A DNA stretch of 64,000 bases. Origin: Pseudohongiellaceae bacterium. Its GTDB lineage: Bacteria; Pseudomonadota; Gammaproteobacteria; Pseudomonadales; Pseudohongiellaceae. A program made the position numbers and the translations under genes. Of the stretch, positions 51,895 through 60,486 are shown one piece after another; position 1 is the first letter of the stretch, and each line of letters starts with the position of its first letter. Below the pieces are notes generated by a model. It was not told the DNA's origin. It did no database searches and was given only the letters and a program-made list of their open reading frames with translations. The stretch is taken from positions 78,586 to 142,585 of the forward strand of contig JBGSXL010000013.1 of the NCBI GenBank assembly GCA_041751425.1. Direction: 5' to 3'.

Positions 51895-51983
51895 GTGCCA
51901 TAAAACCGCCGAAATTCCGGTCTAGCACGTGACTATCTTTGCAACTGGCTATGCAATTGGGCCAAGGCTATTGGGAGCTTGAA

Positions 51984-53132
51984 ATGAAAACCGTTATCGT
52001 AAAACAGCTGATCAGCATGAGTGCCATGGCATTGTTGCTTGCCGCCTGTGAGTCCTCACAGCAACAACAGTCCAGCCAGTCAAGTATGCCGAGTATGCCA
52101 AGCTCATCGTCGTCTTCGTCTTCGTCGTCATCGCCATCCATGCCAAGCAGTTCGAGCAGCAGTCCAAGCAGCTCGTCATCGATGCCGTCCATGCCATCTT
52201 CGTCGCAATCTTCCTCACAATCCAGTTCGCCAAGCATGCCAAGCTCATCGTCGCAGGGCTCCCGTTCATCGCCCTCCATGCCGTCCAGCAGTAGTTCAAG
52301 CAGTAGTTCAAGCAGCTCGTCTTCTGCAAGTAATCCCGGACAGACCTCGGCCAATGCCGGAAGCACCAGCAGCACGAGCGGAGGCAGCACAGCAGCTGCA
52401 AGCAGCTCTGCAGGAGAGCGAGGAGGTCAGCCTGGCTCTCAAGGTAGTGATATGCCGACATCTGACCGAGGGGAATTTGGTCGAGGTGGCACCTATACGC
52501 TGGATAATCTACCCGGAAGCAATGCATCGGGGCAGGGCACTGATACCGCTGCAGGACCTGCTGGCTCAGGCGGTACTGGAACTGATCCAGCAGGGGCAGG
52601 GTCTACAGCAGCTGCGACCGGGTCAGCACAGGGTTCTGTCAGAGCCGGTGCTGCGGGTGGCGCAGCTCCCGGAGGGGTCATGACTGGCGCGGAACGCGTT
52701 GCTGTTCTGGATGGCGCCCTGAACGGTGCCTTTGGTGATTTTGATGGCTTTATTCTTGCCGAACGAGCGCGTGCGCAAGCGCAAAGTGCCGCAGTTGGCG
52801 ATGATCCTGCCGGATTGAATCAGGAAACAGGAGCGGGAGGCGCTGGTGGTCAACAACCGATAATTCTTGCGGGTGGGGGTGGTGGGTCTGGACAAGGTGT
52901 CGGATCTAACACTATGCCCGGGACTGGTCAGGGTGCCGGTGGTGCTGGTTCACGAGTAGCCACAGGTGGCGACTCTGTTGAAACGTTCCCACCGCCCGAA
53001 GACATTCCCAGTGGTCGTGATGACGATGTGGTTGCCAGACAGTTGCGAGAAGCCGCTATGCGTGAACCTGATCCGGAGTTACGCGAAAAGTTGTGGGATG
53101 AATATCGTGTGTACACAGGCCTGTCGCGCTAG
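51984..53132 (+). CDS. Ser-rich / Gly-Ala-rich low-complexity lipoprotein with a conserved acidic C-terminal helix
   Basis: Lipobox (LLAAC). About 100 aa of S(n)MPS repeats are followed by a G/A/S/T-rich region and then PPPEDIPSGRDDDVVARQLREAAMREPDPELREKLWDEY. Confidence 0.65.
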   Translation: MKTVIVKQLISMSAMALLLAACESSQQQQSSQSSMPSMPSSSSSSSSSSSPSMPSSSSSSPSSSSSMPSMPSSSQSSSQSSSPSMPSSSSQGSRSSPSMPSSSSSSSSSSSSSSASNPGQTSANAGSTSSTSGGSTAAASSSAGERGGQPGSQGSDMPTSDRGEFGRGGTYTLDNLPGSNASGQGTDTAAGPAGSGGTGTDPAGAGSTAAATGSAQGSVRAGAAGGAAPGGVMTGAERVAVLDGALNGAFGDFDGFILAERARAQAQSAAVGDDPAGLNQETGAGGAGGQQPIILAGGGGGSGQGVGSNTMPGTGQGAGGAGSRVATGGDSVETFPPPEDIPSGRDDDVVARQLREAAMREPDPELREKLWDEYRVYTGLSR

Positions 53133-53181
53133 ATCGCGCTTTTTAAGTTGACGGGCAGCAATAAACAAGCAGGTGGTTACA

Positions 53182-54372
53182 ATGATGGTCATACAACGAA
53201 TATATTCAAAACTGTTTCTTACTGCGGCATGTATGCTGTTTATAAGTGCGTGCTCTACCACTTCAGTTCGTAGCACCGAGTTTGTGCGTGTTGTGCAGGA
53301 TGCGACACCAATGAACGAGGACCTGCTGCTTGATATCGGCATTACAGTTTTTGATCCGGGTATTGATGAGATTGCACGTCGCGACGTGGACCGCACCAAT
53401 CTGGAAATTCGGCGTGCCGAATCCCGCTATGCACCTTATCTACTGGTTGAAACGCTGGAGCGCTCAGGCAACTGGGGTGTGGTGCGGTTGATGCCAAACA
53501 AGTTCAGCAATTTCGATGTGATATTGGATGGGCAGATCCTGCTTTCCAACGGCGAATCAATGATTCTGAAAATTACTGCCAGCGATTCTACAGGCAGAGT
53601 CTGGTACACCAAGGAGTATGAGGAAGAGATCAGTCAGTTCAGTTATGACCAGACTCAGCGTCAGGCCAATGACCCTTTCCAGGTGATCTATAACAATATT
53701 GCGAATGACCTGCTGGAATACCGTAAACGCAATTTTAACGAGGCAGCGTTGCGAAATATTCGTTCAGTGACCGAGCTGCAGTTTGCCAAAAGTTTTGCGC
53801 CCGATATTTTTTCTGAGTATCTGACAACTGACAACCGTGGTATTACATCCGTAGTACGCTTAACTGCAGAAAATGATCCTTACATGGAGCGTATGCGGGA
53901 AATTCGTCAGCGCGATAATCTGTTTGTGGATACCGTGCAGGATTACTACGCAACCTACGCGCGCGAAATGCGCGGGCCTTACGATGCCTGGCGCGAACAA
54001 AGTTATCATGAGACGCTGACTCTGGAGGAGGTGGAGCGCTCAGCGCGGCGTCGCTTCATATTAGGTACGGCAGCGCTGGTAGGTGGTATTGCTGCGGCAG
54101 GCAGCAACAACGCAGCGGTTCGTACTGGCGCAATTGTTGGCGTGGGTGCTGGTGCTTATATGGTTAAAAGTGGTTTTGACAGAACCGCTGAAGCCAGAAT
54201 ACATATTGAAGCCCTGCGCGAGTTGGGTGAATCGCTGGAAACTGCGATTGCACCAAAAGTTATCGAATTGGAAGATCGCACCATCATGCTGAACGGAAAC
54301 GTTGAGGAGCAATATGCACAGTGGCGAGAAATTCTGGTAGAGATTTATCGGACTGAGATTGGTGAGATCTAA
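53182..54372 (+). CDS. lipoprotein with a C-terminal glycine-zipper hydrophobic segment
   Basis: Lipobox (LFISAC) and GTAALVGGIAAAGSNNAAVRTGAIVGVGAGAYM near the C-terminus. No family recognised. Confidence 0.6.
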   Translation: MMVIQRIYSKLFLTAACMLFISACSTTSVRSTEFVRVVQDATPMNEDLLLDIGITVFDPGIDEIARRDVDRTNLEIRRAESRYAPYLLVETLERSGNWGVVRLMPNKFSNFDVILDGQILLSNGESMILKITASDSTGRVWYTKEYEEEISQFSYDQTQRQANDPFQVIYNNIANDLLEYRKRNFNEAALRNIRSVTELQFAKSFAPDIFSEYLTTDNRGITSVVRLTAENDPYMERMREIRQRDNLFVDTVQDYYATYAREMRGPYDAWREQSYHETLTLEEVERSARRRFILGTAALVGGIAAAGSNNAAVRTGAIVGVGAGAYMVKSGFDRTAEARIHIEALRELGESLETAIAPKVIELEDRTIMLNGNVEEQYAQWREILVEIYRTEIGEI

Positions 54373-54374
54373 GC

Positions 54375-55862
54375 ATGACCGAACCAGAAAAAGGTTTCAC
54401 AGCGACGCCCATCGCAACGGAAAAATTACCGGCATGGATATGGGTAGCACTTGGCGCTCTAGTGGTAGTTGCGTTGGCGGTAATATTTGTATTGCCGCGT
54501 ATTGTCACAGAGTATGAACTGCCACTAACGCGCCGCCCGGCCGGTAGTGAAGTACCCATAGCGGTGCAAACGAATCCCACGCCCATTACCGCAATTTCCC
54601 CGTTTGATGAAGCGCAACGCGCAAGAGAGCGCGCCGAGGCACAGGATGCGTTAGCCAGTTTGTTAACGCAGCAGCTTGCTCTGGATGAAACAGGCGCTGA
54701 CGATTGGGCGCAGACGGAATATGCCGAAGCAGTTGAATTTGCGCGTCTGGGTGATGAGGCGTATCGAACGCAGCAGTTCGAACTGGCGAGACAGAATTAT
54801 CAACAGGCTGACGATATATTTCGTGATTTGATTGAATCCATGCCGGCAGTTATTGCGGAAGCGGTAACGAAAGGCAATCAGGCGTTGGAGCAGGGCGATT
54901 CCGCGGAAGCGGAACGGCAGTTCACGCTGGCATTGCAGTTGGAGCCGGGCGCCCCCGAGCATGAAACAGGTTTGCAAAGAGCGCGAACTCTGGATGAAGT
55001 GCTGGGTCTGTTGCGTGAAGGCAGACGTCTGCAGGCAGCCGGTCAATTGCAGGATGCGCGCACCCAGTTGCAGCAGGCTGTCACGCTGGACAGCTTCCAT
55101 CAACCAAGCCGGGAAGCGTTGGAGCAAATCAGAGTTGCGATAGCAAATCAGGATTTCGCTGGTGTCATGTCAGAGGGTTTTGCCGCTCTGCAGAATAATC
55201 AGCCAGAGCAGGCTATCACGATTTTCCAGCGTGCACTGAGCATGCGGCCCAATTCACAGCAGGCGCAGGAAGCACTGACCCAGACCCGTGACCAGATTGC
55301 GATTCGCAAAATTACACAGCATCAGAACGCTGCAAATAATTTTGCAGCGTCCGAGCAGTGGCAACAGGCGGTGGCTGAATATGATGCTGCTCTGGCGGTA
55401 GACAGTAATCTCGTGTTTGCCAGCGAAGGCAAAGATTATGCGCAGAAACGTGCGCAATTGGAACTGTTGTTAGAAGACGCCATCGCTAGACCATTGCGGC
55501 TTGCTGAACCAGCGGTGTATGAACAAACGGTTGGCGTTTACTACGCCGGGCGGGATCTGGAATCTCCGGGCCCCCGTTTACAGGGACAACTGGATACTCT
55601 GGAGGTCATTCTGCGCGAAGCGCAAATTCCCGTAGAAGTGCAGTTGGTTTCAGACAATGCCACGGAAGTTATGCTGTATCAGGTTGGTAGCTTGGGGCAA
55701 TTCACCTCCCAGGTATTAAGCCTGCCACCCGGGCAGTATGTTGCAGTGGGAACGCGCCCCGGCTATCGCGATGTGCGTAAAGAATTTGTGGTCGGATTCG
55801 GAAACGAGCCACAGCCCATTACGATTCAATGTAATGAACTCGTGGCAGTAAACAGGCGTTGA
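54375..55862 (+). CDS. membrane-anchored TPR-repeat protein
   Basis: Starts 3 nt after the upstream stop. It has an N-terminal TM (WIWVALGALVVVALAVIFVL) and several TPR-like A..Y..AL..P repeats. Confidence 0.7.
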   Translation: MTEPEKGFTATPIATEKLPAWIWVALGALVVVALAVIFVLPRIVTEYELPLTRRPAGSEVPIAVQTNPTPITAISPFDEAQRARERAEAQDALASLLTQQLALDETGADDWAQTEYAEAVEFARLGDEAYRTQQFELARQNYQQADDIFRDLIESMPAVIAEAVTKGNQALEQGDSAEAERQFTLALQLEPGAPEHETGLQRARTLDEVLGLLREGRRLQAAGQLQDARTQLQQAVTLDSFHQPSREALEQIRVAIANQDFAGVMSEGFAALQNNQPEQAITIFQRALSMRPNSQQAQEALTQTRDQIAIRKITQHQNAANNFAASEQWQQAVAEYDAALAVDSNLVFASEGKDYAQKRAQLELLLEDAIARPLRLAEPAVYEQTVGVYYAGRDLESPGPRLQGQLDTLEVILREAQIPVEVQLVSDNATEVMLYQVGSLGQFTSQVLSLPPGQYVAVGTRPGYRDVRKEFVVGFGNEPQPITIQCNELVAVNRR

Positions 55863-55866
55863 ATCG

Positions 55867-57999
55867 ATGCAGGACAACCGTAAAGAAAATTCGCTGGACG
55901 ACGATGCACTGGAACCAGCTGCTTTTGAACCCATAATCCCCATTGATTTCAGCCCACCCGCTGAAAGTAAAACCGGATTCAAGTTTCGCTTCAACGTCAT
56001 GCATGCGGTCATCGTATCCTTTCTGGCAGTGGCGGGCACTGCTGCCTGGTTTGTGCTGACGGCCAGCTCCGTTTACGTGCAGGCTGATCCCCTCACGGCA
56101 AGCGTTGAATTCAGTTCCGGATTTAATGTAAAAGTCGGACAACGCTATTTAATGCGACCGGGCACTTATGGCGTTGTTCTGCGCAATGAGGGATATCACG
56201 ATTCGGTGGTGGATATCGAAATAACCGATCAGGCTGCACAAATTCATTCCATTGCCATGCAACCGCTGCCGGGTTTGATCCAGTTTTCCGTAACCGCAAG
56301 AAATGGCAGATCAGACGCCGATTTTCCCGCTACAGGCGCCAGAGTCATGATTGACAATGTTGATCTTGGCAGCACGCCACTGGCGCAATTGGAGATTGAG
56401 CCGGGCGACTACGAAATGGTCGTCACACTTGATCGTTATCTACCTTATCGACAAAGCATCAGTATTGCTGGTCGCTCGCAGGAACAGACGTTCAGCGCGG
56501 AGTTGGCACCTGCATGGGCTGATGTCAGCTTCAATACAGAACCTCCCGGCGCCGATGTGATCGTGGGAGGGGAGTTGATGGGAGTGACGCCCATCCGTGC
56601 CGAGGTGTTACAGGGAGCTCATGAAGTTACACTGAAACTTGCGGGACACAAAGCCTGGCAGGACGATTTGCGTGTGGAGGCAGGAGAGGAAAGAACTGTA
56701 CCACTGGTGACTCTGGAGCGCGCCGACGGTCTGGTGTTCATTCGCTCTGAGCCTGGCAATGCTAATGTCACCATCAATGGCGACTTTAAAGGACAGACAC
56801 CTTTGGAAGTTGCGCTGGCTCCGGGGCAACAGCATCAGATAACGTTGTTCCGCAGTGGTTTCAACACAGCCACCCGAACCGTGCGCACCAATCCGGATGA
56901 AGAAAGTGATATCACGATTGCGCTGGTGCCAATTACAGCATCGGTGGATATCAGGGCTGAGCCAGCCGATGCAGAATTATATATCGATGGTGAGCTTCGT
57001 GGCACCGCCAATCAAACGGTGCAGTTGCTGGCCGCCAGCCAGCGCGTGGAAATTCGTAAGCAGGGCTTCGTTCCTTATGCAACAACATTTATTTCACGAC
57101 CTGGTCTTGAACAGGAAATCAGAGTCAGGTTGAAGTCGCTGGAGCAGGCCCGCATTGAAGCTATCCAGCCGGTCATTACCACTGCTGCCGGACAAACACT
57201 GAAACTGTTTTACCCGAAAGAATTCACGATGGGAGCTTCGCGTCGGGAGCCTGGTCGTCGCGCCAATGAAACATTGCGCGATGTCATTCTGGAGAAGCCG
57301 TTCTACCTGTCCCTGCACGAAGTGACGAACGCCCAGTTCAAACGCTTTCGCCCTGATCATAGCTCTGGAACTTTGCAGGGAAGATCGCTTGACCTGGACA
57401 CGCAACCGGCGGTGCAGGTCACCTGGTTGGACGCCGCTTTGTACACCAACTGGCTAAGCCAGCAGGAATCATTGCAGCCGTTTTATCAAGTGGTTGATGA
57501 CGAAGTGGTTGGCGTCAATGCCAACTCTAATGGTTATCGTTTACCTACGGAAGCGGAGTGGGAATGGGCAGCTCGCACAGATGCAGACGGTAACGGAAGT
57601 TTGCGCTTTCCCTGGGGTGAACAACTGCCACCACCGGAGAAGTCAGGCAATTTCGCCGACCGCTCAGCCAGTACTTTCCTGGGCCAGTACATGACGGATT
57701 ACGATGACGGTTTCCTGAGCAGCGCTGCCGTAGGCTCCTTCAATCCCAATGCGAAAGGACTGTATGACCTCGCAGGCAATGTGTCAGAGTGGGTGCATGA
57801 TATTTACGGCGCTGTGGGCACCCTGAGCTCGGTGAAAGAGGTAGACCCTCTGGGTCCGGATGAAGGACGCTTTCGTACCATCAAAGGTTCAAGCTGGGCG
57901 CACAGTGCGATTACCGAGTTGCGACTTTCTTATCGCGATTTTGGAGAGGAAGCGCGCAATGATTTGGGCTTCCGTATAGCGCGTTATCTAGGGGAGTAA
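55867..57999 (+). CDS. membrane-anchored PEGA-repeat protein with a C-terminal FGE-sulfatase (SUMF1/GldJ/GldK-like) domain
   Basis: One TM, then about 4 PEGA-like modules (V.IDG...G.TP). The C-terminus has FTMGAS..., GYRLPTEAEWEWAAR, GLYDLAGNVSEWV, IKGSSW and LGFRIAR, typical of the FGE-sulfatase fold. Confidence 0.8.
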   Translation: MQDNRKENSLDDDALEPAAFEPIIPIDFSPPAESKTGFKFRFNVMHAVIVSFLAVAGTAAWFVLTASSVYVQADPLTASVEFSSGFNVKVGQRYLMRPGTYGVVLRNEGYHDSVVDIEITDQAAQIHSIAMQPLPGLIQFSVTARNGRSDADFPATGARVMIDNVDLGSTPLAQLEIEPGDYEMVVTLDRYLPYRQSISIAGRSQEQTFSAELAPAWADVSFNTEPPGADVIVGGELMGVTPIRAEVLQGAHEVTLKLAGHKAWQDDLRVEAGEERTVPLVTLERADGLVFIRSEPGNANVTINGDFKGQTPLEVALAPGQQHQITLFRSGFNTATRTVRTNPDEESDITIALVPITASVDIRAEPADAELYIDGELRGTANQTVQLLAASQRVEIRKQGFVPYATTFISRPGLEQEIRVRLKSLEQARIEAIQPVITTAAGQTLKLFYPKEFTMGASRREPGRRANETLRDVILEKPFYLSLHEVTNAQFKRFRPDHSSGTLQGRSLDLDTQPAVQVTWLDAALYTNWLSQQESLQPFYQVVDDEVVGVNANSNGYRLPTEAEWEWAARTDADGNGSLRFPWGEQLPPPEKSGNFADRSASTFLGQYMTDYDDGFLSSAAVGSFNPNAKGLYDLAGNVSEWVHDIYGAVGTLSSVKEVDPLGPDEGRFRTIKGSSWAHSAITELRLSYRDFGEEARNDLGFRIARYLGE

Positions 58000-58005
58000 A
58001 TACAA

Positions 58006-58308
58006 ATGCTCAAAAAAAGAAATTGTCTGGTAGCAACATTATTACTATTGCTGACGATTGCATTCTTTGGCGCGCAAAGTGTTTTGACAACAGCTATGGC
58101 GCAAACCCAGGACCAACAAATTCAAACTGACGCCCAGGCTGAAGCGCAGGCAGAATCGGAACCAGAAGCTCAAGCAGATGCGGATAATCCGCTTGAGCTG
58201 GCTGAAGAATTAGATGGTGTTCTGGATTCACAACAGGTAAGCGGCCGCTTCATACCCACCGAAGAAATATCACAGGATCTTGGCGTCTCGTTTCCAGTAG
58301 ACATTTAA
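58006..58308 (+). CDS. small secreted acidic protein
   Basis: Signal peptide (LLLLTIAFFGAQSVLTTAMAQ) and an AQAEAQAESEPEAQADAD acidic stretch. It is tightly packed in the operon. Confidence 0.5.
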   Translation: MLKKRNCLVATLLLLLTIAFFGAQSVLTTAMAQTQDQQIQTDAQAEAQAESEPEAQADADNPLELAEELDGVLDSQQVSGRFIPTEEISQDLGVSFPVDI

Positions 58309-58336
58309 CCAGCAAATAAAGAAGGCAAAGAGTGGC

Positions 58337-59227
58337 ATGAAACAGAATTATCTCTCGGAAGTGATTTATCAGATCTTTGCGCTGATCATTGTCGTGATTG
58401 TGGTGCACGCAGTTTATGTCGCGGTCATTCGGCCCAATGCCGATTTCGTCCAGGAACAGCAGACACTGATGACAGAGGCCGATGAGAATTACGTGCCAGA
58501 ACGCTCCCTTTACATTGTGCTGCGTGATTTCGAACAAGAGACCTGTATCATTCTGATGTTCTGGGCTCTCGCAATCATCGGCATGAAAACTCAGCGCACT
58601 ATAAGAGAGCGTCGATTGCTGGATCGTATGCTGCTGCAGGTGTCGGAAGGTACGAGTATTTTGCCGGAAGATGCACGCCAATATGCGCGGCCGGTGCAGG
58701 CCTTACCGGAGAAGGAGCGCAGATACCTATTACCGCGTGCCATACTCAGCGGATTGCATCGCTTCGGCACCACACGCAGTATTCAGGATGCAGCAGCAAC
58801 CATCAAGGACATGTGTGACAACGAGTCAGAGCGGTTGGAAAGTGAACTGGCCATCGTCCGTTATATTGCATGGGCAATTCCCTCCATCGGCTTCCTTGGC
58901 ACAGTGCGTGGTATCGGTACAGCGCTGGGTCAGGCCCATCAGGCAGTCAGCGGCGACATTTTGGGCGTAACAGTCAGTCTGGGTGTTGCTTTCAATTCTA
59001 CATTCGTTGCACTGGTAACCAGTATTCTGCTGATGTTTCTTTTGCATCAACTGCTGTTGGTACAGGATCGTCTAGTGCTGGACACGCAAGGTTATTGTGA
59101 CGAGCATTTGATTCGTTATCTGCAGGTGCCAGAGCGCGACAGTTTTGATCGCGGCGCGGCTCCTGCCGTCGCTACCACCACTACCGGCACCTCAGCGCCC
59201 TTAATCAATCCAGGTGCTCCCGCATGA
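58337..59227 (+). CDS. MotA/TolQ/ExbB-family proton-channel protein
   Basis: IAWAIPSIGFLGTVRGIGTALG and LGVAFNSTFVALVTSILL match the conserved ExbB/TolQ TM2-TM3 signature (APFIGLFGTVWGI ... IAEALIATAIGL). Confidence 0.8.
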   Translation: MKQNYLSEVIYQIFALIIVVIVVHAVYVAVIRPNADFVQEQQTLMTEADENYVPERSLYIVLRDFEQETCIILMFWALAIIGMKTQRTIRERRLLDRMLLQVSEGTSILPEDARQYARPVQALPEKERRYLLPRAILSGLHRFGTTRSIQDAAATIKDMCDNESERLESELAIVRYIAWAIPSIGFLGTVRGIGTALGQAHQAVSGDILGVTVSLGVAFNSTFVALVTSILLMFLLHQLLLVQDRLVLDTQGYCDEHLIRYLQVPERDSFDRGAAPAVATTTTGTSAPLINPGAPA

Positions 59228-60486
59228 CAATGAAAGTGCTGGAACTCAATGACCATGGCATCAGCATCGGTGACGAAGCTGGAGTACTTGCGACAAGTCC
59301 CGGTTACGCTGTTGCTATAGGCAAAGAGCTTGAGTTCGGCAATATTGCGGCCAGCAAAAGCAAATTGCACCCGGTAACCAGCTCCAATGAATTCTGGCAC
59401 AGGCTGGGCATGGAACCGCTGGCCCGACCAATAGCGCATTATCGTCACTATGCTGATATCGCCTACTCGCACCTGATGCATCTGGCAGAGGAAGTTGCGC
59501 TGGCTGGAGACGTAATCATTGCCGTGCCAGGCAGTTTCTCACGTCAGCAGTTGGCGATACTTCTGGGATTGATCAAACAGAGTCCTTTTCGCGCAGCAGG
59601 CTTGATCGATACTTCGGTGGCGGCGACGGTAGATACTTTCCATGCACAGTCCACCAGTGATGTCGTGGTGTATGCGGACATGCAATTGCATCAGGTAATT
59701 CTGACGCAGTTGCGTTTGCGTGATAACGAATTGGTGCGTGAGTCGGTGACGCAGGTGCCAGGTGTTGGTTGGTCGAATCTTGCCGACAGTCTGGTGCAAT
59801 TGATAACGGATGCCTTCATACAGCAAAGCCGTTTCAACCCTCAACACAACGCGCGTTGGGAACAGCACATGTATGACAGTCTGCCCGGCTGGCTGGCGCA
59901 GGGTTCAGATACTGATAATAATTTGTTGTTGCAGATTCAAACGGATACTGCCTTGCATCAGGCCAAACTGACGCGCTCCAGTATTGTGGCGCGATTGCAG
60001 CCTTTCTATCGCAAGATCAGTCAGCATCTGCATGAACTGCCAGGTAAAAGTGGGCAGATACTGATGGCAGAACGCTTTGCTGTTTTGCCGGGCTTGCGCA
60101 GCGCTTTGGAAGGTGGAGGAGAGCTGGTGCAGGAATTCGTGTCCAGTCACGCCGTGATTTCATCGTGCCTGCGTTACCAAGATCAGCTAATTGGCAATGG
60201 CGAGAACGTGAACTTCACAACGCGGCTGCGTCCAGAACTGCAATCGGTACAACATGATAAACATTCGCACAGGCAAGTCGGTGCTACTCATTCGCAGAAT
60301 AGAAAAAGCCTGGCGCAATTGGGCCAGCACGAAGGACAACTGATTCTGCATAACAGCGAGCCGGGCTGGCTGGTCAATGGCAAGCCTGTCGCAGCAGGTC
60401 ACATACTGCAACCAGGGGATATGTTGCATTTCGCTGACATCCGGCAAGCGTTGCAATTAGTGCAGGTGCAAGATGGCCAGCAATAA
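59224..60486 (+). CDS. degenerate Hsp70/actin-fold-like cytoplasmic protein with an FHA-like C-terminus
   Basis: IIAVPGSFSRQQLAILLGLIKQSPFRAAGLIDTSVAA parallels Hsp70 (AVITVPAYF..QR.A...A..IAGL....I.EP.AAA). The phosphate-1/2 motifs are not conserved. The C-terminus is WLVNGKPV..GHILQPGDMLHF. The ATGA overlaps the upstream gene. Confidence 0.55.
   Translation: MTMKVLELNDHGISIGDEAGVLATSPGYAVAIGKELEFGNIAASKSKLHPVTSSNEFWHRLGMEPLARPIAHYRHYADIAYSHLMHLAEEVALAGDVIIAVPGSFSRQQLAILLGLIKQSPFRAAGLIDTSVAATVDTFHAQSTSDVVVYADMQLHQVILTQLRLRDNELVRESVTQVPGVGWSNLADSLVQLITDAFIQQSRFNPQHNARWEQHMYDSLPGWLAQGSDTDNNLLLQIQTDTALHQAKLTRSSIVARLQPFYRKISQHLHELPGKSGQILMAERFAVLPGLRSALEGGGELVQEFVSSHAVISSCLRYQDQLIGNGENVNFTTRLRPELQSVQHDKHSHRQVGATHSQNRKSLAQLGQHEGQLILHNSEPGWLVNGKPVAAGHILQPGDMLHFADIRQALQLVQVQDGQQ

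Noticed and set aside
51968-52895. Several long ORFs on both strands overlapping the Ser/Gly-rich lipoprotein gene (for example 51968-52390 minus, 52012-52527 minus, 52021-52683 plus).
   Set aside because: They are artefacts of low-complexity repeat DNA that lacks stops in several frames. Only the frame with a signal peptide, lipobox and conserved C-terminus is credible.
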